Origin: an uncultured Methanoregulaceae archaeon | Lineage (GTDB): Archaea; Halobacteriota; Methanomicrobia; Methanomicrobiales; Methanospirillaceae | DNA length: 64,000 nucleotides | NCBI GenBank assembly: GCA_963705255.1 | Contig: OY970061.1 | Location: 1,984,001 to 2,048,000, forward strand | Direction: 5' to 3' | In this document: positions 30,924 to 41,557 of the stretch, piece by piece | How the letters are laid out: every line of letters begins with the position of its first letter | How positions within the stretch are numbered: the first letter of the stretch is position 1 | The notes under the pieces: generated by a model | What the model was told of the DNA's origin: nothing | Seen by the model: only the letters and a program-made list of their open reading frames with translations | Database searches by the model: none | Program-made: the position numbers and the translations under genes

Positions 30924-31427
30924 TTACTTCAGCGCCGGTACACCTTCCGCCCACGCCTCGATCCGGGTACGGATCGCGTCGTCGCGGTAGGACGAGAGCG
31001 TCACCCGGTGGCGGGCAAGGTTCAGGAAGAACAGCTCGCCGCCGGGGTCATGACACTTCAGCGATACCGCATAGGAGTCCCCTTCCGGGTTCCTGCTGAC
31101 CGCGCCACCGTGCGCGGCGGTATTCGCGAGATGGGAGACAACCGCGGCGATGCCGGCGTGGAAGCCATCGATGGAGTTATAAATTTCTGAGCCGGCGCCC
31201 ACGCGTTTTCCTTTACTGTCCTTATACACGAATTTCGCGGTGTACATCTCGCGGACCTTCTCTACCGGCGGGTGGTTGACGCCGGCAGTCCGGTAGGAGA
31301 CGCACCCGAACGGGTTGTTCTGGATGACATCCCGGACGATCGCATGGAATGCGTCCACATCAGCGATGGGGCTCGCAAGTTTCCTGACGGCACTTTTCTG
31401 TTGGGTATTCTGCTGGAAAGCTGCCAT
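30924..31427 (-). CDS. Hypothetical protein
   Basis: 167-aa ORF with natural composition (SAVRKLASPIAD...NNPFGC...LKCHDPGGELF); GAGG upstream. Confidence 0.7.
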   Translation of the reverse strand: MAAFQQNTQQKSAVRKLASPIADVDAFHAIVRDVIQNNPFGCVSYRTAGVNHPPVEKVREMYTAKFVYKDSKGKRVGAGSEIYNSIDGFHAGIAAVVSHLANTAAHGGAVSRNPEGDSYAVSLKCHDPGGELFFLNLARHRVTLSSYRDDAIRTRIEAWAEGVPALK

Positions 31428-32178
31428 TTCAAAGTCCTCATCAAAGGAATCCCCTGCTCACGTCCTCAACCGCTCTCCCGGGAATCATCCGGAAATCTCT
31501 CAAGGTAAACGGGTCTTTACCCGCTCGATGCGTTGAGAGTTCGGGCAAATACGGGGTATCTCTTCGGGAGCATGTGCCGGGATTCTTATTTATTTATAAT
31601 ACTCATAAAATGATTCTAAAAAATATATACCCTGCGGTTGAATGGAGGCACCAAGGGTCATCAGGGTCATACAGGATCATAAGGTGACCCCCCCTCAAGA
31701 ATTACATGCTCTTCCCGCGGAGTAAAACCACATCTTGCCTTTAGCCTTCAGCGGAAAAGATGCACAGGGCAATTCCCAGGGTGGGTCAGGGGGTCGTCCC
31801 TTTTCATGCCGGACCTTAAAGGAGGATCCTTCATATTTGACATCTGACCCTCCCTCTGACTCCTGCCATCAGAACCCGTTTCGTCATCCTCCTGGCCGGG
31901 GTTACCCGTGTGGACAGCCTTAAACCTATGACGTAAGAAATCGGAATCTCTCGATCGGCTGTTGAACGCGGGGGTCCGGTGGGGTCAGGGGGTCGGGTAC
32001 CGGATTGAAGTGACCCCTCTGAGAGATAGAGGGGTCGCCTTGGTACAAATGGGGACCCCCAGGATGGGATCAGTCAATCCGGCGCTGCAACCCGGGAGAG
32101 AGGAAACCAGATCATTGTACGATAAGGATGATCTCAATAACCGGATTCCGGTGCTTCGCGTTTTTGGGGGGAAACGTT

Positions 32179-32629
32179 TCAGGAATCTGTGGCAGGTTTC
32201 TCATGCAGCAGGGAGAACCCGAACAGAATGAATGCGATCACGACAGACAGGAGTGAGAGGACGAACACGCCGTTGGAGTAGAAAGCGTTCCGGAAGAGCC
32301 AGGAGAGCCCCCCGAAGACGTGCGTGATACTCAGCGTGAGGATGAGCAGGACCCCAAACCGGTAGTAAACAGAGTCGTGGAGGATCCTGAGCACCGCGTA
32401 CCGAAGCTCCGTAGTAGAAGAGGACGATGGCTATGAGATAGGGTGCCATCAGCTGGTTGATAACCGCGAACCGGACGAATGGGCTCGCTTCCCAGGTGGT
32501 GATCATCGAAGTATCACCTGCCAGATAAAATGTCAGCGCATAATCGATGATTACCGCTATTGCGGGCAATAAGGCAATGATTTTATAATTGCCATAAAAT
32601 TTTTCGATGATTTCCGATTTCACCTGCAT
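32179..32629 (-). CDS. Four-TM membrane protein, DUF5658-like; indel at ~32401
   Basis: IDYALT...WEASP pattern; FYYGAS/YAVLRILH joins across one extra base. Confidence 0.6.
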
Positions 32630-32890
32630 TTTTATCCCCGATCCTTATTTCTCTCTGTTATTGCAGATTTTCCTGCACATTCTTCTATGATGTCCCAATA
32701 TTATATATATTTTAGGTGACCTGCTGCCGGATTGGGAAAGAATTGCCGATATTTTTTCTTTTAGCCCTCGTGAGCGCGGTACACTCCCGGGTCTTGCGGC
32801 CGGCGTGAGGAGCCGGCGAATCCCATCCCGCTTACCGGATATATAGAGAAGCGAATGCATTATCATAGATCGGGAAGATAATACTTCAGC

Positions 32891-33502
32891 ATGGCAATGG
32901 CAAACGGGCTGGAGATCGTCCCCGATAACAGCGTTTTGTGCATTGAAGAGAATTCCGGCAATATCAAATCGATCTATGCACTCTATGCTGCTTCAGAGAA
33001 GGCTGCTGAGGGTGCCGTTGTCATCTACCTGACCCTCCAGACAAAAGATGAACTTCTCGGACAGATGAAACGGTTCGGGATCCCGGTCCGGGATTCCCTT
33101 CGGATTGTCGAGATCTCCCCGGCCCATGCGAAGCTCGACGTCCTCTCGCAGATCGATTCCATCGAAGGCCCGCTCCTCATCATCGATCCCTTTGCCGTTT
33201 TCTTCGTTGACGATTCGACAAAAGATCTTACGGCATTCATGTTCGATCTTATGAAAAAGAGCCGGAAGGGGACCACCGTGCTCCTCCTCATCGATATCGG
33301 CGTCCTTCCCGAACGTTCGGAACAGCTCGTCCGGGCGATGTCCGACGGCATCATCCAGTTTGTCATCGTACCCGAGGGAGACAAGCTGAATAAGTACATC
33401 AATATCCCGAAGATGCGGGGGTCGTTTCCCAGGGACAAGATGCTGCCGTTCACGCTCAACGAAGAGGGGCTGATGATCGATACCCGGGAGAGGCACGGGT
33501 AA
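32891..33502 (+). CDS. RecA/KaiC-superfamily (FlaH/RAD55-like) single-domain ATPase-like protein
   Basis: Degenerate Walker A EENSGNIKS, VIYLT, LLIIDP, SDGIIQF, IPKMRG, PFTL..EGL. Confidence 0.8.
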   Translation: MAMANGLEIVPDNSVLCIEENSGNIKSIYALYAASEKAAEGAVVIYLTLQTKDELLGQMKRFGIPVRDSLRIVEISPAHAKLDVLSQIDSIEGPLLIIDPFAVFFVDDSTKDLTAFMFDLMKKSRKGTTVLLLIDIGVLPERSEQLVRAMSDGIIQFVIVPEGDKLNKYINIPKMRGSFPRDKMLPFTLNEEGLMIDTRERHG

Positions 33503-33664
33503 TTTTTTATTTTTGTCGGGCTGCCGGGATCCCGGATATATCTGCTATTTCCCTCATCAATCCCGCCCCGCCCAATTCTTTGGAACCTGGAGAATCCTGG
33601 TGAATTCTCCTCTTCTGGGTCTGATGACTTCCTGGAAATCGACGAGATGCTTCTTACTTCCCGG

Positions 33665-34426
33665 TTATGGCGACCGCAGGATCCCCAGCTTTCGGCCGGC
33701 CTTCACAAGTCGTGTGACGCTATGGATCGCAGGGTGAGTGTGGTTGTAGTGGACCGATGCATCCGGCAACACCTTCATGAGCCCTTTCGGATCTGAGAAG
33801 GGTTCGATGCTGACATATGTCCTGCCCAATTCGAGTGAGGTATGTGCATCGGATCCAGCAGATACCGGTTTCCTCCGCCGGCCTGCATAGCCACGCGCCA
33901 GCGCGTTCTCCCCCTCGTCAAGTACCCGGCTGTTGAACCCCTCTATGATGTCGAGACGGTCGATGATCCTTTCCATGATATCATGCCTGAGGGCGCTCCT
34001 CCTGTAGGAGCAGAACGGGTGGGGGACGATCGAAAGTGCTCCCTGTTCATGGATCTCGTCGAGGGTCTCCTCGGCTGACTGGTACGGCGTGATGTGTTCC
34101 TGAAGGAAGAGTCCGATGATCTCGCCGTCAGAAGTCATGATCTCCTCAGCCAGTATACGCGGAAGATCAGGATCGTTCCTGCAGAGAACGTCGTAAACCC
34201 GCTCAGATCCGGCGATACTGTTGTGGTCGCAGATGAGTGGCAGGATGCCGGTGCGCCGGTAGCATCTTGCGATGGTTTTCACCGGGATCGAGGAGTCCGA
34301 CGAGTAACAGGAATGGAGGTGCATGTCGAACCGGACGCACTCTCCATTGCCCTTGCCATGGGACGGAGGATCTTCCAGCAGGTTTATTGTTTGTGACATT
34401 TTCGCGTTTCCTGATGTACCCGACAT
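33665..34426 (-). CDS. PHP domain phosphoesterase
   Basis: DMHLHSCYSSDS, ICDHN, AEE, PHPF, EGFNSR, AGSDAH. Confidence 0.9.
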   Translation of the reverse strand: MSGTSGNAKMSQTINLLEDPPSHGKGNGECVRFDMHLHSCYSSDSSIPVKTIARCYRRTGILPLICDHNSIAGSERVYDVLCRNDPDLPRILAEEIMTSDGEIIGLFLQEHITPYQSAEETLDEIHEQGALSIVPHPFCSYRRSALRHDIMERIIDRLDIIEGFNSRVLDEGENALARGYAGRRRKPVSAGSDAHTSLELGRTYVSIEPFSDPKGLMKVLPDASVHYNHTHPAIHSVTRLVKAGRKLGILRSP

Positions 34427-34444
34427 TCAGGAGAATTCTTTTAC

Positions 34445-35251
34445 TTACCAATTCAGCGTCCAGATCTTCCATTCCCCATGCTGGTAATACAAGGCAAATT
34501 TATATTGGATAGGAATTTCCGTACCCGGGATGTTTTGCTGGTTTGCCGGCTGGTGGAAGAATATCTGGGCAATTATTTCGGCATACGTTGCATTCTGTTG
34601 TTTATCAATCACGTTATAATTTATAAAATAGTTGCCCGGTTGGAGAAACGTATTATTCCGGTTGTCCTCTTTAAACTGGGCCAGGGTCCTCTGCTCTTTT
34701 ATCTCATCCGGAGCAAGGTCGTATACGCGATCGATATCTCCTTCGTTAACAGCTTCAATCCACATCTGAATACCGGTTTCCGGATCCATCCATGTTTTCC
34801 ATTCCCCATGCTCGTTATAAAGATCAAATTTATAATAGAGGGGGACTTCCAGGCTCAGGGTTTTCTGAGTTTCCGGCTGCTGTAAGAATACCTGGGCAAC
34901 TATCTGGGCATATGTCCCGTTCTGTTTTTTATCAGTCACGCTGTAATTGATAAAACTGTACTCTGGCTGGAGGAACGTATTATTCTGGTTGTCCTCTTTA
35001 AACTGGGCCAGGGTCCTCTGCTCTTTTATCTCATCCGGAGCAAGGTCGTATACGCGGTCAATATTTCTCTGGTTCATTGCTTCAATCCACATCTGGACAC
35101 CGGTTTCCGGATCCGTTGAAGGAACAGAATGTTTCCCCGGGAGATTTTTGCTGTCCAGTACATAAACGCTTCCAACAATAAACGTGATGAGGAATAATCC
35201 CGCCACGAACCATTTTATATGTTGTAACCTTTTTTCTTCCATCATAATCAC
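34445..35251 (-). CDS. Membrane-anchored protein with two tandem NTF2/DUF4878-like domains
   Basis: N-terminal TM, then two ~109-aa copies DPETG.QMWIEA.N...IDRVYDLAPDEIKEQRTLAQFKEDN...GEWK. Confidence 0.75.
   Translation of the reverse strand: MIMMEEKRLQHIKWFVAGLFLITFIVGSVYVLDSKNLPGKHSVPSTDPETGVQMWIEAMNQRNIDRVYDLAPDEIKEQRTLAQFKEDNQNNTFLQPEYSFINYSVTDKKQNGTYAQIVAQVFLQQPETQKTLSLEVPLYYKFDLYNEHGEWKTWMDPETGIQMWIEAVNEGDIDRVYDLAPDEIKEQRTLAQFKEDNRNNTFLQPGNYFINYNVIDKQQNATYAEIIAQIFFHQPANQQNIPGTEIPIQYKFALYYQHGEWKIWTLNW
34660..35056. repeat. Intragenic direct repeat; identical 70-nt cores at 34660-34729 and 34987-35056
   Basis: GGTTGTCCTCTTTAAACTGGGCCAGG...GGTCGTATACGCG occurs twice, 327 nt apart. Confidence 0.9.
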
Positions 35252-35259
35252 GACCCGGT

Positions 35260-36633
35260 CTATGAATTGGAATTCGCTATGATGTTCGCTTTGCCGGTAT
35301 TGCCACCCGCTTTTGCAAATACGATGTAATTACCCGGGGTGGAACCAAGGATGGCCCGGACACTCACAATCCCGTTCTTGTCAGATGTATCTGAAGTCGG
35401 CGTTACATTTCCATCAGGAATGATGCTGAACTGGACTACCGTGCTATTCACCGGATTTCCAGACGGATCGGTGAGCTGGAACTGAATCGGATCTTTGAGA
35501 GGAAGTCCAGACCACACCCTGGTAGATATCAGGAGATACCGGAGTGATATTAAACGCCTGTGCCGGAGGTACAGCCGGCGGAGGAAGTATAAACAACGCA
35601 CACGCGATGTAGCCCGCAGCCATCAGCACGACCGCATGTTTGAGCCCGTACCGGGCATCGCCTTCGCTGATTTTCCCGATGATGAGACCGCCGAAGAACG
35701 AGTTGATCATGATCATGTGGAAGAAGCCCCGGGAAAAATCGAGCCCGACAAGCCCGTTGGCCTTCCCTAAGATATTTGTAGAGCCGAGCTGCTCGACAAA
35801 GGGGAGCAGGCTCGTCGAAAGGGTGTATATTATAAAGACAATGATGCCCTGCGCAAAATAGAAGATCATCACGTACTGCGAGAGATTGCCTTCCTTCTCC
35901 CGTTCGATCGCGATGATGTTCCTCATGTCCTCGGACGCCTTGAGGATCAGGTCCGCAACGGCACCGCCGGAGTAGGATGCCTGGACGACAAGGGCCGTGT
36001 ACCGGGTGATCATCTCCGAATGAAGGGACTTTGCCATCGCCTTCATCGATTCCTCGAATGACTTCCCGTAGGTCATCGAGGTTGCCGCGATGCGGACATG
36101 CGGCGTGAGCAGGCCGAGGTCGGTCTTCGAGAGCTCCTTGACCGACTTGATGGGATCGAGGCCGCCCCGCATCAGCTCGGAGAGCTTGAAGAGGAACTCC
36201 GTATAGATCTCCTCTTCCGCCGGATATTCCGTTTCTGGAGGGTAATATCGATGGCATAGGGCGTAATCGCGATGAGCACGGCAATGACCAGAACCTCGTC
36301 CAGTCCCATTTTCGATGCGGGTGCCTGTGCAGGGGCCTGCGCGGTCTCGCTTCCTGGGGTCGCATTCCCTCCACTGCCTTGGTTGAGCTGGGCGGTGAGC
36401 TCCTGCAACTGCTTGAGCCGTGTATCGTCAGTGGTACCGGTAGCTTTTTGCGTCCCCTGGAAGGCGGACCCGGTCAGGAATGCACCGAGCAGGACCATCA
36501 GGGCGATCGCCACCGGCACTCCGATGGTGAAGATCTCCCGCGGCGGGTTGTAGAGGATACTGATCCGCTCTGCTATATCGTGCATCTTCTGGATGTTCTC
36601 TTTGAAAAAATCCGGTTTCGGAGAGGGGCTCAT
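35260..36633 (-). CDS. Type IV pilus platform protein (T2SS-F/TadC-like) with C-terminal Ig-like (Big_1-like) domain; indels at ~36214 and ~35512
   Basis: Reconstructed LQKRNIRR/EEIYTEFLFKLSELMRGG...GLIIGKISEG..YGLKH...DIYQGV/SGLPLKDPIQFQLTDPSGNPV...TSDKNG. Confidence 0.75.
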
Positions 36634-36638
36634 GGCAA

Positions 36639-37541
36639 TCAGGGGTTGGTCGAATATTTTACGGAGAGCATCTGGAGGAAGACGATGTTGATGACCGGGA
36701 TCAGGACATAGACGAGGACGTTGAACATGTCCGCAGGCTTGAAAGGCCCGAACTCGATGCCGAGCGCTCCCGAGATCACGATCCCGAGCACCGCGAGAGT
36801 GATCGTCATTACGACCCCGCCGAGGTACCCTTCGCCGAAGACCGCAAGCGATTCAACAAACTCCTTGTAGGTCTGCCTGCGGATGGCCATCAGTTCCTTG
36901 GATTTGGTCTCGAGGTAGGATTTCAGCCCGCCACCCCCGTAGATGATGTTGGTCATGTCTACGCAGATGTCCCGGAAGAGGTCCGACGGCGTGTTCTGGG
37001 TGAGGCCGTTCATCGCGGTCACCACGTCTTCTCCGAGGATGTCGACGCGGAAGAGCACCTTCCGGAACTCGTTGGAGATCTGCCCGTACTCCTCGCGGGA
37101 TATGCGGCGGATGATATCCAGCGGGGTCGCTCCCGAACTTGCGAGGATCGACATGAACGCGAGTGCATAGGGGATCTGCTTGTCGATATCCCGTTTCTTG
37201 TTCTCGATCTCGTTCTGGAGATAGAAGGGAAAGCCTATGCCCGCTGCCCCCGCACCGATCAGCGTCATGAGAAGGATGTACACTGCCGGTGTTGCCGACT
37301 TGACCGGGCTCTCCGGGAGGATAAATATGATCGATGAGACGATCAGCATTGCCACACCGGCAAGTGCCGTCGTCACGAACCAGAGTGAAGTGAACATCCC
37401 CGGTGTCATCTCGAGATCTGCCTGGTAGATGAGCTTCGTGATGTCCCTGCTGGGATTACGGTCGTATTTTTGGCCGAAAATATAGCAAAACCGCTTGTAA
37501 GACTCCAATAAATTCACGGTACTCAATGCATTCTGGTTCAT
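36639..37541 (-). CDS. Type IV pilus platform protein (T2SS-F/TadB/FlaJ-like)
   Basis: IDKQIPYALAFMSILASSG, YGQISNEF, GEDVVTAM, TPS. Confidence 0.9.
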   Translation of the reverse strand: MNQNALSTVNLLESYKRFCYIFGQKYDRNPSRDITKLIYQADLEMTPGMFTSLWFVTTALAGVAMLIVSSIIFILPESPVKSATPAVYILLMTLIGAGAAGIGFPFYLQNEIENKKRDIDKQIPYALAFMSILASSGATPLDIIRRISREEYGQISNEFRKVLFRVDILGEDVVTAMNGLTQNTPSDLFRDICVDMTNIIYGGGGLKSYLETKSKELMAIRRQTYKEFVESLAVFGEGYLGGVVMTITLAVLGIVISGALGIEFGPFKPADMFNVLVYVLIPVINIVFLQMLSVKYSTNP

Positions 37542-37689
37542 GGTTCAGGCAAACGTATATATATTGTCAGATGCAAAAATATAGAGTATCAGGAAGTATC
37601 TTCTCCTGATAAATGTTTCAGATTTGCTTACGGCAAATCCCCCACAGACTCAATTTTTTCTTCTTCCGGATCTCGCCACAGGGACTCCG

Positions 37690-37881
37690 TCACCCGATTA
37701 TCCCGAAGTAGACTGGTTTTTCCCGGTATGTCTTCCCAATCCCTTTCTCGTGGAAACGCTTTGCGGTAATCCATGAAAGAAGCGCGGCAAAGTCATCCGG
37801 ATGCATCGGGACTTTCTCGGAAGCCCTTCCTGTGCATTTTGTCCCCTCCAATGTCTCCTTGGTTGCAGACAGGTTTTCCAT
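37690..37881 (-). CDS. Small hypothetical protein
   Basis: 63-aa ORF preceded by GGAGG, co-oriented behind 37896..38264. Confidence 0.4.
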   Translation of the reverse strand: MENLSATKETLEGTKCTGRASEKVPMHPDDFAALLSWITAKRFHEKGIGKTYREKPVYFGIIG

Positions 37882-37895
37882 CGTTTTTCCTCCGC

Positions 37896-38264
37896 TTATT
37901 TAACGCTGAAACGCTCCAGCTCGCAGGTGTTGATTGCGATGTAATGCACGCCGTTGATGTCATCCCTGTAAACCGGAGCAGGTACACCGGTCAGCTGGAA
38001 GCCGAGATCCTCTGCCAGTGACTCCACGGTCGAGAGCGCGGCTATCAGTGATCTGATATTTCTGAGTTTCCTGTCATCTTCGCCGCTGTCGTCGCAGAGT
38101 GAATCGATGGTGAATGAAAGGATACGGATCAGGTTCCTGCACTCCGCCATGAAATTCGTCTCGTTGCCCAATGTGGGCGGACTGTGGGGTACGGTAATCG
38201 CATCGGGTGAAGTTAGCATAGGTTTGTCCATGAGAGATTTCCTGCAGCCGGAAGCCTCCCGCAA
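37896..38264 (-). CDS. Hypothetical protein (true start probably 38231 or 38219)
   Basis: Helical, protein-like composition. Confidence 0.5.
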   Translation of the reverse strand: MREASGCRKSLMDKPMLTSPDAITVPHSPPTLGNETNFMAECRNLIRILSFTIDSLCDDSGEDDRKLRNIRSLIAALSTVESLAEDLGFQLTGVPAPVYRDDINGVHYIAINTCELERFSVK

Positions 38265-38598
38265 TCCCCGGATTTGATTCCTCCAGGCTCCATATTTTAT
38301 TAATGCAGTATATACTTAAAAAAATTTCTATAGAGATACAAATCCCGGCTACCTTCCGTGGTCTCCTGCGGACCGATTGCGCTGTAAAATTGGTGAGATC
38401 AGACTCCTTGCGCCATACCCATTTCATGCTTCCCTGTCGCTCAGTATGGCATCCTTTGAATCCGGGTGCAATTTGACTATAGATTCTCAATAGCCCTATG
38501 TTACGAAGATTTTTATCGCGAAGAGGCGCTATTTTATCCGGGACATCTTTCGGAAGGGATGCACTCCGACACTTCAACGCACGACGGTAACCTGCACC

Positions 38599-39282
38599 AT
38601 GAACCTGTTCATCCTGAAATACTGTCTCCTGATCGGGGGAATCCTCACCAGCACGGCCCTTGTTGCGGGGCCGCTGAACCCTCAGATAATCCTGTCGAAC
38701 CAAAATCCGACGGTAGGCCTGAGCGCAGATTCGATCTACCAGTTCGGATCCGATGTCTTCTACAAGGAGCTGAACAAAACGGGGAACGAATATATGAAAA
38801 GTGCCGTGGCCGGATATGCTACCAACCTCGTCCAGACGGACAACCAGACACAGCAGTACGATGACCTGTGGGCGCAGGGCGTGTCCGCGTTCAAGTCGGG
38901 ATACAACGGGTGCATCATTGCCTATCTCGATCTTGCCGGAGTACCGGAATTGCACTCGGCAAAACAGAAGGATGCAGTCTGCGATGAATTCAGGCTCGCA
39001 AATGACGATCTGAAGCAGTCCGAGGATTACTTCACCAGCGCAAAGGCAAGCAGTACCGCCTCTTCGGTGCAGGGATTCGAGGTCGGGATGGTTCTTGCAC
39101 GGGTAGTACCGATACAACAGCATGCAGAGGATGCAGAGATTGGGTGCATGAAAGCAGTACTCGCCGACCAGGAAGGAAATACCAGTGAATTCGAAAATAA
39201 CCTCCGCGCCAGCGGTGCTGATATAGCCGAGATGAAACGGATCTACCCGGAACTCGGGGTGCTGAGCAATGACTTCAGCTGA
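38599..39282 (+). CDS. Secreted or membrane-anchored helical protein
   Basis: N-terminal hydrophobic signal; 227 aa helical body with several Cys. Confidence 0.7.
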   Translation: MNLFILKYCLLIGGILTSTALVAGPLNPQIILSNQNPTVGLSADSIYQFGSDVFYKELNKTGNEYMKSAVAGYATNLVQTDNQTQQYDDLWAQGVSAFKSGYNGCIIAYLDLAGVPELHSAKQKDAVCDEFRLANDDLKQSEDYFTSAKASSTASSVQGFEVGMVLARVVPIQQHAEDAEIGCMKAVLADQEGNTSEFENNLRASGADIAEMKRIYPELGVLSNDFS

Positions 39283-39379
39283 AAAAATGGACGTGAATAC
39301 CGGGTCCCTGTTCATTCACCAGGGCAACCGGCTTGAGAGACCATGATACCCGCGCAACCGGGATGCAGGTCGTGATCGT

Positions 39380-39739
39380 ATGAAAATTCCTGATAAAAAA
39401 TCGCTGAAAACACTAATCTGTTCCAGTTCAACGAACCTCTTTATCGAAGACAGCTGTCAGACCGATAACCTGTTCGAGAAGCGGAACCTGCTGACGATCC
39501 TGTCGTCCGCAATCTTCATGATCGCCGGACCGCTCTTCATCTACTTCGGGTTTTACCTGCTGACATCCCCCTTCACGGTGAAATGGGGAGCGCTCTCCAT
39601 CGCCATCGGCATGTTCGTGATGATGTTCGGGTTCAGTCTCTGGCAGGACCGCCAGATCCAGATCCAGTGGCGTCTGATAAAAAAAGAGAACGAAGAGATG
39701 AAGGCCATGCTGCGGGAACTTCTCGGTAAAATGAATTAG
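39380..39739 (+). CDS. Two-TM membrane protein with coiled tail
   Basis: Two hydrophobic segments, charged helical C-terminus. Confidence 0.6.
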   Translation: MKIPDKKSLKTLICSSSTNLFIEDSCQTDNLFEKRNLLTILSSAIFMIAGPLFIYFGFYLLTSPFTVKWGALSIAIGMFVMMFGFSLWQDRQIQIQWRLIKKENEEMKAMLRELLGKMN

Positions 39740-39909
39740 CATATATCCGGCAGTATAAGATCCGGTTTTGCCAAAGTATTCTTCCGAGAACTTCCTCCCT
39801 GATTCCGGTGGAGCCGCAGATCGCGTATCCCAGCTTCTCAAGTCGTTATGCCAGTACTCTGGCAAAAAAGGGTCATCCTACAAAGAAGATCCCTGCCTTA
39901 CGGTCTGTC

Positions 39910-41187
39910 TCATATATCAGGTGCCCGGTACAATCCTTCGGGAACGAAGATCTCGAACCTGGCTCCTGATCCCGGGACGCCCGTTTCACGTATCGTGATC
40001 CCGGTAATGGCGAGGATCTCTCTGATGAGATACAGCCCATAGCCGGTATTTTTTCCCACACCGAGATCGAATATCCGTTCTTTCTCCTCTGCGGCAACTC
40101 CGGAACCATCGTCCTCGCAGAGTATCGCAAGGCCTCTGGCCGAGATACGGCAGCTGAACCGGATCTGTTTTATTTTCTCTCCGTGCCTGATGGCGTTGTC
40201 GATGAGGTTATAGAATACCTTCCCGAGAAGCGGGTCTGCCATTATTACGACATCCGGCACAGAGATCACAATCAGGACAGGACTTGTCTCAAATCTCCTG
40301 GCAGAATTCCGGATTACGTCAGCGAGATCCTGCCACTGAGGGGAGTGCATCCCGATCTCCTGGTATTCACGGGTGAACATTACCTGTTCCCGGATCGCAA
40401 GGCCGGCAGCCCGGATATCCTTCAGGAGATCCCTGCATTTCCCCCCGGCATCGGTCTCGCCCGCCATATCCACGCACCCGAGCAGCCCGGCGACGGAATT
40501 GAGTATGTCATGACGGGTGATGGTGTTCATGAGGGTGAGTTTCTTGTTGATATCCGTAAGGCGCACCTCGGTTTTCCTCAGATCTGTGACATCGCTCGAG
40601 ATGACTGTTACTGCTACTATCGATCCGGAAGCCGGATCCCTGACTGGTGAGAATTTCCGGTGATAGTATCTTCCGTTGTGCTCGGATTCGTCCTCCACGG
40701 ATTGCCCGATCTGGAATACGGTGCTGGCGAGTGCAGTGAACCGGCTGGTTTCGGCGGCTGTGTGGAATTCAGCGTACAATCGCCCGAGGAGGCTCCGGTC
40801 TTCCGATCCCCGGCGGGCATTATATTTCGGGTTTATCAGAAGATACCGGAGGTCCCGGTCTATCGTGTAGATCGACTCCTCTGCAGATTCTACGTAGGAA
40901 CGGTAACGGGCTTCTACTGTGCGAAGGTTCTTCTCAGTATCTCTCAGTTGTCCGTACAGCGTACGGATCTCCCCCTGTTCAGTGAGCGAGGATCTAAGCG
41001 GGAGGTACACAAGAATTACGGCGACGATGCTGGTGAAAAATATCGTGATGATATGCGACTCCCACAGCGTTACTGAAGGGACGACGATCTGTTTTACAAC
41101 TTCAAAGACCGTCATCAGGACGATCATCGAGAAGAAGACAATCACCAGCGAACGGGAGAGCACTGATGTTCCGGAATTCTTCTCCAC
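39910..41187 (-). CDS. PAS-domain sensor histidine kinase
   Basis: 2 TM, PAS, H-box TRHDILN, N-box NLIDNAIRH, DDGSG, GYGL. Confidence 0.92.
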   Translation of the reverse strand: MEKNSGTSVLSRSLVIVFFSMIVLMTVFEVVKQIVVPSVTLWESHIITIFFTSIVAVILVYLPLRSSLTEQGEIRTLYGQLRDTEKNLRTVEARYRSYVESAEESIYTIDRDLRYLLINPKYNARRGSEDRSLLGRLYAEFHTAAETSRFTALASTVFQIGQSVEDESEHNGRYYHRKFSPVRDPASGSIVAVTVISSDVTDLRKTEVRLTDINKKLTLMNTITRHDILNSVAGLLGCVDMAGETDAGGKCRDLLKDIRAAGLAIREQVMFTREYQEIGMHSPQWQDLADVIRNSARRFETSPVLIVISVPDVVIMADPLLGKVFYNLIDNAIRHGEKIKQIRFSCRISARGLAILCEDDGSGVAAEEKERIFDLGVGKNTGYGLYLIREILAITGITIRETGVPGSGARFEIFVPEGLYRAPDI

Positions 41188-41557
41188 GGTAGTCCCTCAC
41201 TGTCAGACTCAGGGGGCTGCCCCGGTTTTGCCAAACCGGCAAAGGTCCCGTCATCGGTGTTATCACGTTTTGGTCATGAAATGAGATATACTTTGTCGAA
41301 ATATACTCTATTATTGAAATTTTGCTCTATATTGCTATAGATACTCGGCGAAATGGCCTGAATCGCTGGGCCCGGACATGGCGGAGGGTCCGACTGTTGC
41401 GTGTAACCCGGAAAGGCGGTTTTTCAGGAAGGACGCCGGCACGACCTGTTTTGATCGGATCGGGTTCCGGTTATCCGTGCCCATCACTCCATAGTTTTTA
41501 ATTTTTTTGTTCTGGCAGCGGATGAACTGCTGCGGCAAAAACTTCACGGTAAGGCAA

